Below are positions 9,868-18,128 of a DNA stretch of 64,000 bases, in pieces. Source of the DNA: Fibrobacteria bacterium (GTDB lineage Bacteria; Fibrobacterota; Fibrobacteria; UBA11236). Positions within the stretch are counted from its first letter, which is position 1. Each line of letters starts with the position of its first letter. The translations under genes were made by a program, and so were the position numbers. The notes below the pieces were generated by a model. The model did no database searches. It saw nothing but the letters and a program-made list of their open reading frames with translations, and was not told where the DNA came from. Location: the NCBI GenBank assembly GCA_041746255.1, contig JBGTHM010000032.1:61614-125613 (forward strand). Reading direction: 5' to 3'.

Positions 9868-10605
9868 TTATCGGTCGAGGCTGCGGAGTCCCATCATATA
9901 GCCTCCGGCAACATCCAGATTGATCCCCGTAATATAAGCTGCGCCGTCTCCTATCAGGAATTCCAGGGCGTCGCAGACATGGGAGCATTCGCCCAGATGT
10001 CCGAGAGGAATGTAATCCTTCGGTCTATCGGGAAGCTCCACGCTGTTGGAAAGGACCCCGGGAGAAATCATATTAACGCGAATGTTACGGGGTCCCAAGG
10101 CCTCGGCATGGGATTTGGTCAGTATGTAAAGACCGGTTTTGGAAACCAAGTAAGCCGTGTTGTAGGTGGAGGACGTGAGATTTTCCAGCCCGGCATAGCC
10201 GATGTTGATTATCGACCCGCCTTCGGAAGGGAAAAGCCGCAGGCTTTTCGTGATGAGATGGTAGGGTCCCACGAGATTGGTTTGCAGAGTCACATCGAAG
10301 TCGGCGGTGGGGTACTCGAGCAACTGCCCCGTTTTGTACAGGCCCACATTGTTTACCAACAGGTCGATTCGCCCCGAGGTGCGTTCAATTTCATCCACCA
10401 TAAAATCAATATCGGCTTGCCGGGCTATATCACCGCCGACTATGGCTGCGCTTCCGCCCGCGTCCTCGATTAGCCGCGCGACCTCTTTCGCTTCCTTTTG
10501 GGAAGCGCGGTAATGGACGTGCACGAAGTAACCGAGCCTCCCCAGGCGCAAGGCCATATCGCGGCCCAATCTTTTCGCCGCACCTGTTACCAGCGCCGCT
10601 TTCAT
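9868..10605 (-). CDS. Pteridine reductase-like SDR (FolM/PTR1 type)
   Basis: TGAAKRLG pteridine-reductase-type nucleotide motif, VHY, LVNN, YLVSK; ATGA overlap with folB. Confidence 0.8.
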   Translation of the reverse strand: MKAALVTGAAKRLGRDMALRLGRLGYFVHVHYRASQKEAKEVARLIEDAGGSAAIVGGDIARQADIDFMVDEIERTSGRIDLLVNNVGLYKTGQLLEYPTADFDVTLQTNLVGPYHLITKSLRLFPSEGGSIINIGYAGLENLTSSTYNTAYLVSKTGLYILTKSHAEALGPRNIRVNMISPGVLSNSVELPDRPKDYIPLGHLGECSHVCDALEFLIGDGAAYITGINLDVAGGYMMGLRSLDR

Positions 10606-10958
10606 GTCCGGGCCCTTTCGGCAGTGGCGGAAGCATGGCGGGCTGCGGGAAGCGCCGAAGGCTTTTTCACCTTCATCCGGCAACGCGTGATTTGCGGCCA
10701 TTTTTCCAAAAACAAATCGCAACCTTTTTCCGCCATGGTTTCAATCAACTTGAATTTCCGGGTTTGCGCCCAGTCCGCCAGGTAATCCGCCATGGCGGCA
10801 TAATCGACCGTATGGGAAAGTTGATCGCTCCCGGCGGCGTCCTCGAAAGGAATTTCAATTTGCACGTCCACCGACAATTCCTGCAGCATTTCGCGTTCAT
10901 GGCTGTGGACTCCGACCACGCAACGGATTTTCAAATCTTCCAGCGCCAACCATCCCAT
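10602..10958 (-). CDS. folB: Dihydroneopterin aldolase
   Basis: VGVHSHER, TVDY, LIETMAE, KVKKP; 118 aa. Confidence 0.88.
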   Translation of the reverse strand: MGWLALEDLKIRCVVGVHSHEREMLQELSVDVQIEIPFEDAAGSDQLSHTVDYAAMADYLADWAQTRKFKLIETMAEKGCDLFLEKWPQITRCRMKVKKPSALPAARHASATAERART

Positions 10959-12007
10959 TAAATCAACCCCAGGGTAAATGCATGTTCAATCAAAACCCGC
11001 GTGGGTTCGTTCAGCGGTAAAGATAATGCCTCGCGCGGCAAGGTCCAGAGATAATCCACCGCCTCGTAATTGAGAGTGACCGCAGTGCTGTCACCCGCCT
11101 CCAATTTCGCCAGATAATTGACAAGAATGAAATGCCGGGGCCGATGGAATTGGGGATGCTCAATGCAGTCCTGTACCATCACGAAATCCACTTTTCCGGG
11201 ATGGAGGCCGGTTTCTTCGCGTAACTCGCGGGAAAGGGCCTGTTCCAAGGTTTCGCCATAATCGACTTTGCCGCCGGGTATGCCATAGAGTCCCGACCAT
11301 TTTTTCGTACGCACCAAAAGGGCTTCCCCGCGCGCATTGATTACAAGAGCTCCAACGGTGGCCAGGGGAAACAGATGTTCGGCCGCCAGCGAGTCGCGGG
11401 CTGCGAAACGCTTGATGTCGGCGGCCTGGCGGAAAACCATGTCCGGCTCCGCCATTTTAAGTAGGGCTGCGTCTGAATATCCGTAGAGGGCCGCTCCCGC
11501 CTGGATGCCGTTCCGTCGTGCGGCTTCCAGGTCGTGGGGGGTGTCGCCGATCAAAATGCATTCGGTGGGCGAGTCGGTGAAAGTCTCCAGTTCGCGGGCC
11601 AACACATGGATTTTATCCCGGGCGCCGCCACGAATTTTATGGAAGAGATTCTGAAGTCCCAAGCGATTCAGGGACTCCGAAATAAGGTTTTCTTCCAGGG
11701 AAGACAGGATGAAGAGGCGATGCTCTCCGTGAAGGCAATGCAGCAGGGAGTGCATGCCTGGGTGGAGGCGGACTTCGCTGGGGTAATTCTTCCGGCAGAT
11801 TTCGGCAAACAGGTTCTCTATAGTTTCGGGATCGTGGCCCGGGGCTTTTACGGAGTAAAACGCCGCTGCGGGAAGCGAGAATTCCCGTCTATATTCCTCA
11901 TACGAAATCGATGAGCATCCCAATCCGGTGAGAGTCGCATCGGTGAGTCGCCAGGTCAATTCCTGATCGTCGGCCAGGGTCCCCGACCAGTCGAAAATAA
12001 TATCCAT
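10958..12007 (-). CDS. HAD phosphatase-NUDIX hydrolase fusion
   Basis: N-terminal IIFDWSGT, ILSS, K, IGDTPHD; C-terminal Nudix box GGKVDYGETLEQALSRELREETGL; stop overlaps folB start; start trimmed to ATG 12007. Confidence 0.88.
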   Translation of the reverse strand: MDIIFDWSGTLADDQELTWRLTDATLTGLGCSSISYEEYRREFSLPAAAFYSVKAPGHDPETIENLFAEICRKNYPSEVRLHPGMHSLLHCLHGEHRLFILSSLEENLISESLNRLGLQNLFHKIRGGARDKIHVLARELETFTDSPTECILIGDTPHDLEAARRNGIQAGAALYGYSDAALLKMAEPDMVFRQAADIKRFAARDSLAAEHLFPLATVGALVINARGEALLVRTKKWSGLYGIPGGKVDYGETLEQALSRELREETGLHPGKVDFVMVQDCIEHPQFHRPRHFILVNYLAKLEAGDSTAVTLNYEAVDYLWTLPREALSLPLNEPTRVLIEHAFTLGLI

Positions 12008-12144
12008 GTTTTTGGGTAGAAACCTCTGGGAAAAGCTACAGCGCCGATACCCTCGGCAGAAGGGCCAGAATATAGCAACCTGCCCGGACCCGGCCGAAGG
12101 CGGGAGTCGGTTTCGGAAAGGGTTTCTTGCTAGATTAACCTCAC

Positions 12145-13371
12145 ATGGGCAGGGTAGCATTTAGAGACGGGCATTGCGGCGGGATGGCCGCCATCCTTTT
12201 TTTCGTGGGTATCAGCCATGGCTTCCAAACTCCTCGCGAAGCCTCAGGCGTCAATCAAACCGCGCTCGAGGCATTCGGAGCCCGGAATGCGGGAATGGGG
12301 ACTGCCTTTGGAGGTTTCGGTGTCGATGCGAATGCTGTGGTAAACAGCCCTGGCTCCATTAACGACGTAATGGATCTCACCGTCGCTTTCGCCCATGCGG
12401 AAAGATTCGCCGAAGCCGGTTTCGATAATTTCGCAGCACTTATTCCCCTCAACGGCCGCTCCACTTTGGGCTTGGCCTTTTCGCGCTACGGAGTGGGGGG
12501 AGTGCAGATTCGTGAAGACGAAGCGCGTCGCTTTGAAGACCCGCGTTTGCTTAATATAGCCGATTACCATGCCGCCCTGGCCTTTGCCCGGCGTTGGGGA
12601 GGCTTGGATGTCGGCGCCAACCTTCACCTGTTATACCGAAGCCTGGATCAAAGTGGATTGGGTATACGCGCCGATTTGATGTCTCAGTACACGCTCTTCA
12701 GGAATTTTCGCGCGGCGGCCTTATTGCGTGGCCTGGTACCCGCGGCGGCGCGCTGGGAATCGGGTCTGATTGAATATGAAAGTCCCGATATTCATTTGTC
12801 TTTCGCATCGCGGTATCCTTCTCGATATTTCTATGGCGAAGCGCATATCGTCTACGAAACGCAAGGTATTTTTCAAAAAAATGCGAAATCAGAATCCAGA
12901 TTGAGGGGTGGCCGTGGTTGGGAAGCGCCGCTGCAATTCCTGGCTCTAGGAAGCCTGGGTGTGGAATACCTTTTCGATATGGGACTCAGTTTTCGTATGG
13001 GATTACGCGAGTTGGTTTCCCCCCAACCGAATTTCGGAATTGGATATCGGTATCGCCAACGTATCGGTATCGATTATGCCTTTTCCCCCCATCCCGATTT
13101 GCTTTCCTCTCATCGCGTCGGAATAGTAGTGACGCCCCGGTGGAAATCTTTTGATGGAGCCGGTTATCGGAATCGATTCAAGGACGAGAGTCCACGCCGG
13201 CCCCTTCCTCCCGAGGCCGGAGCCCAGCCGGATACGAACAAACCAGGGCCTGCATCGGAAGGCTGGGATGAACCGGGTGAGGAACTGAAAAGAAGTCCGG
13301 AAAATCCGGCGAAGCCTCAGGGTGCTCCGTCCATGGAAGTGCTGGAAGTTGAGGACGACTGGGATGAGTAG
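12145..13371 (+). CDS. PorV/PorQ (FadL-like) outer membrane barrel with acidic low-complexity tail
   Basis: GARNAGMGTA....DANAVVNSPG N-terminal motif; IDYAF..HPDL..SHRV C-terminal strands. Confidence 0.72.
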   Translation: MGRVAFRDGHCGGMAAILFFVGISHGFQTPREASGVNQTALEAFGARNAGMGTAFGGFGVDANAVVNSPGSINDVMDLTVAFAHAERFAEAGFDNFAALIPLNGRSTLGLAFSRYGVGGVQIREDEARRFEDPRLLNIADYHAALAFARRWGGLDVGANLHLLYRSLDQSGLGIRADLMSQYTLFRNFRAAALLRGLVPAAARWESGLIEYESPDIHLSFASRYPSRYFYGEAHIVYETQGIFQKNAKSESRLRGGRGWEAPLQFLALGSLGVEYLFDMGLSFRMGLRELVSPQPNFGIGYRYRQRIGIDYAFSPHPDLLSSHRVGIVVTPRWKSFDGAGYRNRFKDESPRRPLPPEAGAQPDTNKPGPASEGWDEPGEELKRSPENPAKPQGAPSMEVLEVEDDWDE

Positions 13372-13387
13372 CGATTTTTCGGGGAGT

Positions 13388-13960
13388 TTACCCTGAAAGC
13401 GCGTCCCGATAGCTTCGGAAAGAGGAAAATACCGAAACGACCCGGTCCAGGCCAAGCATATGTAAGCTCTCCCGTGTCGCCTCATCCTCGGTTACGATAA
13501 ATGCCGGCTTTTCCATCCGATACGCCTCTTTCAGCGCTTTCACCATCAAATTGACCAGGGTGCTGTTCAAATAGTTGCAGCTCCTCAGAACGAATGCGAG
13601 AGAGGCGAATCCTTCGGATTCCGCCTTTTCGATGAGGTCTTTCAGCATTTGAAGGCTCCCCATGTCATAGGTTGAGCCGGTAAGGTGGATCAGCAGGTTT
13701 CCATTCCAAACTTGTTTGCGTAGCCAGGGTATGTTGCTATTCGCCGTTGCGGGTTCCTGACAGTCATCGCATAGGCCTTGTTGGACCCGGATTCCGGTCA
13801 GAAAGGACCCGCAATTCCGGCAAGAGTCCCAGCCTGGCGCTTCCCACTCCACCTCATCTTCCTTTCTAAGCCCGAGGGAGGGCTTCCCGTTTGGGGTAAA
13901 CACTAGTTTAGCTTGTGAATGGGGTGAAAACAAGGTGGTTTCATCCGGTAGGGAGGTCAT
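13388..13960 (-). CDS. Zinc-ribbon plus STAS domain protein
   Basis: CRNC...CDDC followed by STAS-like IHLTG..D, YLNST, LHMLGLDRVV. Confidence 0.7.
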   Translation of the reverse strand: MTSLPDETTLFSPHSQAKLVFTPNGKPSLGLRKEDEVEWEAPGWDSCRNCGSFLTGIRVQQGLCDDCQEPATANSNIPWLRKQVWNGNLLIHLTGSTYDMGSLQMLKDLIEKAESEGFASLAFVLRSCNYLNSTLVNLMVKALKEAYRMEKPAFIVTEDEATRESLHMLGLDRVVSVFSSFRSYRDALSG

Positions 13961-14075
13961 CTAGCCGTGAAAAAATTGTTAGTTTTATGGCAGCTCTTGG
14001 ACTAAATTGTTTAACATCCCGTGGAATGGGATCGCTTTTTCCCAATAAACAATCATGGGCTTGAGGAGGTAGTTT

Positions 14076-16040
14076 ATCAAGTTCGACATCCGATCTGTAG
14101 GTATTTTCGATGTCGTTTCCGCCCGGCTTTCGGATGGAGAGGTTTTCGATTCCGCCAAGCTTAAAAATACGATTCGTTTTCTAATCGAAAACGATATGCG
14201 TAACATCGTTATCGATTTGGGAAATCTGGAGTACATCTATAGCGATACCATCAACGCCTTCATCGCAACCAATCGCCAAATGTTGGAGGTAAGCGGACGT
14301 ATCGCCATCTTAAGCGAGCATCCCAAAGTTCAGGACATTCTTAAAAGAGCCGGTCTTGATAATATCATGCGGATTTATCGCTCCGAAGCGGAGATGGTGG
14401 CCGACTCCAAAGAGATTCTTCGTCAAACCTCCAGTTACCGTATCGAAGAGCTACAGAAAATCTCCAATCAGGATTTTCAGGCCCCGCCCCAGGAGCCGAA
14501 ATCAGAATTCGACGATTTCCGGGACGAAATGGGGGAACAACTCGGATCCAAAATTGAAAACAACGAGTATCCCGATTATCAATACGGGGGACAACCTTCC
14601 AATCCCCCTCTCCAACCTCCCCCTCAACCCCCTCCGCAAGCCGGAAATTTCGAGTACCCCACGGTACAATTGCCAATAGGTCAGTACGGAGATATGGCTC
14701 GCGGAAACCCGGGTGTTGATCCGGAAAGCGAGGATAATCGGCAACGGCGCTCTCCCAACGACCGTTTACGCAGCCCCAATGCCCGTAAGGAGCAAGGGCG
14801 TCGCGTGGGCGGTCGCAATGATATTCCTGAAACCCAACCGTTCCAATACCCGGATGAATCCCAATTCCAGCGGCCCCAGGCACCGGAACCCGCAATGCCT
14901 GTCTATTCGGAGCCGGCCTACTCGACTCCGCAACAGCCACCCCAACAACCCTATCAAGGGCAGGGTTATGGCGGTGAACCTTATATGCCTACCGGTTCGC
15001 AGCCTGTTTTAATGGAAGAGAAATCCTTTCCATGGAAGGGGATGCTTTTCATCTTTTTCTTTTTGGTGGCTGGCGGCGGACTGATTTATTATATCAACCA
15101 GCGCGTGGGGGAATTGCCCCAAACTCGATCGGTTGAAGAACCACCTGTGCCTCCGCCCACTCTGGAATCCGTTCCGGCACAGACGGCTGAACCCGAGAGA
15201 GTACCGGATCTATCGGCTCCTGCCGCAACTCCGCCGGTGGTTGAAGCTCCACGGGCAACTGCACCTGCACCTGCACCCCGGGAACGCGTCGAAAAAGCCC
15301 CCCCTAAGCCACGGGAGACTCCGCCGCAGCGAGAGGCGCGCGTTACTCCCGCTCCTGCTCCGACTCCGGCTCGTGCTCCGACGGCGACTCCTCCTAGCTC
15401 GGGATCCTCCACCATTCGCATCACCAGCGATCCTTCGGGCGCTGAGGTTCTGGTGAATTTTTCCAAAAAGGGCGAAACTCCGCTGGACGTGGAATTAATC
15501 AACAATTCCAATAAAATTATCGTTCGGAAGGCCGGTTTTGAGAAATTCGAAACCACTTTATCCAAGAGCACGACAGAAAGGGAATTGCGAGTGGAATTGG
15601 GTAAGGAATCCGGCGATCCGGAACCTGAATTCGTCCAACCCGTGCGGTCGGCCGACCCAACCCCGGCGCCGACTCCGCCTCCTCCTGTGGCGGTTCAAAG
15701 GCCGGCACCGGTGGCTCCAGCGCCTACAGCTACTCCACCACCACCTGCACCGGCACCGGAACCACCTGCGGTACGCAGGCCCGATCCTCCCCCCGCACCT
15801 CCGGCGGCAGCCCCCTTCACACCGGGTAGCGGACCTCCTGGGGAGATTTTTCTGTCGAGCAGTCCGGCACGGGCCGATATTTATGTCAATGGAAAAAATA
15901 TCGGTAAAAAGACTCCCGCGAAGTTGGACCTTCCTTCCGGCAGCCATCAGATTAGGATGGTCAAGGATGGACAGTCTGCGTCGGTTGAGCATCGGGTTGA
16001 TGTCGGAAAAAACCGGGCGCTGCATTTGAGTCTGCAGTAA
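14076..16040 (+). CDS. STAS - Pro/Gln-rich linker - TM - Pro-rich - two PEGA domain protein
   Basis: IVIDLGNLEYIYS..ILKRAGLD (STAS); TM GMLFIFFFLVAGGGLIYYI; ITSDPSGAEVLVN..GETP and LSSSPARADIYVNG..KTP (PEGA). Start extended from ATG 14196 to in-frame ATC 14076 (see findings). Confidence 0.8.
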   Translation: MKFDIRSVGIFDVVSARLSDGEVFDSAKLKNTIRFLIENDMRNIVIDLGNLEYIYSDTINAFIATNRQMLEVSGRIAILSEHPKVQDILKRAGLDNIMRIYRSEAEMVADSKEILRQTSSYRIEELQKISNQDFQAPPQEPKSEFDDFRDEMGEQLGSKIENNEYPDYQYGGQPSNPPLQPPPQPPPQAGNFEYPTVQLPIGQYGDMARGNPGVDPESEDNRQRRSPNDRLRSPNARKEQGRRVGGRNDIPETQPFQYPDESQFQRPQAPEPAMPVYSEPAYSTPQQPPQQPYQGQGYGGEPYMPTGSQPVLMEEKSFPWKGMLFIFFFLVAGGGLIYYINQRVGELPQTRSVEEPPVPPPTLESVPAQTAEPERVPDLSAPAATPPVVEAPRATAPAPAPRERVEKAPPKPRETPPQREARVTPAPAPTPARAPTATPPSSGSSTIRITSDPSGAEVLVNFSKKGETPLDVELINNSNKIIVRKAGFEKFETTLSKSTTERELRVELGKESGDPEPEFVQPVRSADPTPAPTPPPPVAVQRPAPVAPAPTATPPPPAPAPEPPAVRRPDPPPAPPAAAPFTPGSGPPGEIFLSSSPARADIYVNGKNIGKKTPAKLDLPSGSHQIRMVKDGQSASVEHRVDVGKNRALHLSLQ

Positions 16041-16053
16041 AAGCAAAGGGATT

Positions 16054-17076
16054 GTGGAATTCTCACATTGGGATTTCCGCCCCAAGCAGCGTCAGCGTTT
16101 CGTGGGCAAGCCGGGACGCAAGGTCCCATTCCTGCGGATCTTGCTGTTGTTGGCGTTGGGAGGAACGCTTTACTGGCAATTCGATAATCTGATTTCCATA
16201 ACTTGGATTACATCAATACGCGAATCTGTTTCCGAGTTACGCGCTCCCAAGCCCGAATCCTCACCATCACAAAAACCGGGGTTCCAAAGCAACTGGTCGA
16301 ATGACTCCACACTGCTGGATGTGAACTGTCCCGATGCGCGAAAATCAGAATGCGTGAAATTTCTCGACAGCCTCCATTCCGGATTGGGCAACTCCTTTCT
16401 CGCCTTGAGCGAAAAAGCCAAAAGAAAAATACCGGTAAGCGCACCCTATGATTCCGTATCCGCAAGCATCCGGTTTCCCGGCGATGTTCCGGGCTCGAAA
16501 CCGGACTTTCCCTGGCCACTTTCCTTCACCCTCCGGGGCGCGAATGCCCGGGAAGTATTCTCCCTGCAACGGTTCGAGTCGGGACCGGCCTTACCCGATC
16601 TGAAAGCCTTATTGACACGATATGACTATTGTTCAGTTCGTCACGGTTGCCTTCGATCCCGTGAAGTGGGCTTGCCGATGCCCAAGGCGGAGATATTTCA
16701 AATTTCGGGATCCCCATCCGAACGGGTTTCTGTGAGGGGAAATCCAGTTATCCTGAGGGATGCGGAATCGCCCGCGGTCTTTCCCGCACTCCCGGGAAAA
16801 TTAGTGGACATTCGAGCGGAGGAGCACGGAGTTTTCGCGGTCAAGCTTTACCATGGTCGCGGCTTGTTTACTTATTACGGCGGCCTTTCGCGCCTGCACC
16901 TCAACGTTAAAATGGGGAGCATATTGGCTTCCCGGGATACTTTGGGATTCGTCGACTCACTCGGGGGGAAAATTTCATCCATGGCGTTCAGCGCGGAGGA
17001 AGCGGGACGATTCGTGGACCCGATGGCCTTTCTGAACGTTCAGACAGAGAAGGGTGGCGTTGCGCATGGACCTTGA
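16054..17076 (+). CDS. Membrane-anchored protein with degenerate M23/LytM domain
   Basis: N-terminal TM; C-terminal VFPALPGKLV, VKLYHGRGLFTYYGGL, VKMG, TLGFV, VDPMAFL; zinc ligands absent. Confidence 0.65.
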   Translation: MEFSHWDFRPKQRQRFVGKPGRKVPFLRILLLLALGGTLYWQFDNLISITWITSIRESVSELRAPKPESSPSQKPGFQSNWSNDSTLLDVNCPDARKSECVKFLDSLHSGLGNSFLALSEKAKRKIPVSAPYDSVSASIRFPGDVPGSKPDFPWPLSFTLRGANAREVFSLQRFESGPALPDLKALLTRYDYCSVRHGCLRSREVGLPMPKAEIFQISGSPSERVSVRGNPVILRDAESPAVFPALPGKLVDIRAEEHGVFAVKLYHGRGLFTYYGGLSRLHLNVKMGSILASRDTLGFVDSLGGKISSMAFSAEEAGRFVDPMAFLNVQTEKGGVAHGP

Positions 17077-17401
17077 CCTAGTGTACGCCGACCTGATAAA
17101 GAGAGAAGCGGTCGCTCATCCCAAGCGGTGCTATGGATATATTCTAGCGGTACTCCGGCAATTATCGGAAGAAAACTCCGGGGCGGATTTCGGTGCAAAC
17201 GAAGTGACGGGCTACTTCCGGAAGCGGTTGCGTCAGGACTTCGGCGCCTTGGCTCCCAAGGTAACAGCGTATTGGGAGTTGCAGAAAGGATCCGATTTGG
17301 GCACAGCCCTATCCGTATTGGCGAAGCAAGGCTGCTTGCGATGGGGATCCCACGACACATTGGAGGATTATGCGGCCCAGGGTCCATTACTTGAAGATTG
17401 A
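17066..17401 (+). CDS. Minf_1886-like conserved hypothetical protein
   Basis: Y.YIL..L, FGALAPKV..YW, DLG.AL..L...G.L.....DTLEDY pattern resembles this PVC-associated family. Confidence 0.6.
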   Translation: MDLDLVYADLIKREAVAHPKRCYGYILAVLRQLSEENSGADFGANEVTGYFRKRLRQDFGALAPKVTAYWELQKGSDLGTALSVLAKQGCLRWGSHDTLEDYAAQGPLLED

Positions 17402-18113
17402 AGGCCTTACCCTTTTCCTGTTTTCTTTCCTTTTGGCAGCGTGCGGACCCTCACTGAAGGAACCGCGCGAAACCCGCCGGGTGGAGAACGTACCCGTAGA
17501 CAGTTTACGTTTCCACCCCACGGGAATGCGTTATTTACAGACAGGTCAGGAGGCGGTTGTTCATTTGCGTGGGATGCAAGGTGGATTTGCTTGCGCGCGG
17601 TTCACGCGCGTCGATCTGGAAAGCAGCAATATCCCTTCCGGACAAGTGGTAGATGCCCGGGTTGACGTAGAATTACCGGCCTATCCCGATTGTCCGGTAA
17701 GCGCGGGCCGCGATTCCTTGGTGTCATTTCCGGCTGGCGGGGACAACAACAGATATTTAATGCTCCGTAACACGCTACTTGCGATAACCGATGCGGTACG
17801 TTATGTCGACTTACCCGAAAAAATACGGCAATACCATTTTAAACCAAATACCCAGGGAAACGACACTATTGTTACAGAAGCAGGCGGGAACATGACCGCG
17901 GACACTCTGGTTTATGGACTTTTACTGGGCCATCCGCAAATATCCCTGCCGCTCTCGGTTTGCGATAGCGTCAATTATGCTCAAATCCGGAATCGAAGCG
18001 ATACTATTTCCGTAACGGTATCGATAGTCAGCTTTGCCGGGGAAGCGGTTTTTCCGGCTATGTGCTTGGAAAGGTCGGCGCGGCAGGTATTGGCGTATCC
18101 GGCCCGGGATTAG
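17391..18113 (+). CDS. Hypothetical lipoprotein
   Basis: TTG start overlapping the upstream gene end; lipobox LLAAC; additional Cys residues. Confidence 0.7.
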   Translation: MKIEGLTLFLFSFLLAACGPSLKEPRETRRVENVPVDSLRFHPTGMRYLQTGQEAVVHLRGMQGGFACARFTRVDLESSNIPSGQVVDARVDVELPAYPDCPVSAGRDSLVSFPAGGDNNRYLMLRNTLLAITDAVRYVDLPEKIRQYHFKPNTQGNDTIVTEAGGNMTADTLVYGLLLGHPQISLPLSVCDSVNYAQIRNRSDTISVTVSIVSFAGEAVFPAMCLERSARQVLAYPARD

Positions 18114-18128
18114 CCCGGCAGGCCCAAG

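Noticed and set aside
15150..15830. Short tandem repeats such as GCACCT x3
   Set aside because: Explained by Pro/Ala-rich linker coding; no repeat-spacer structure, not CRISPR
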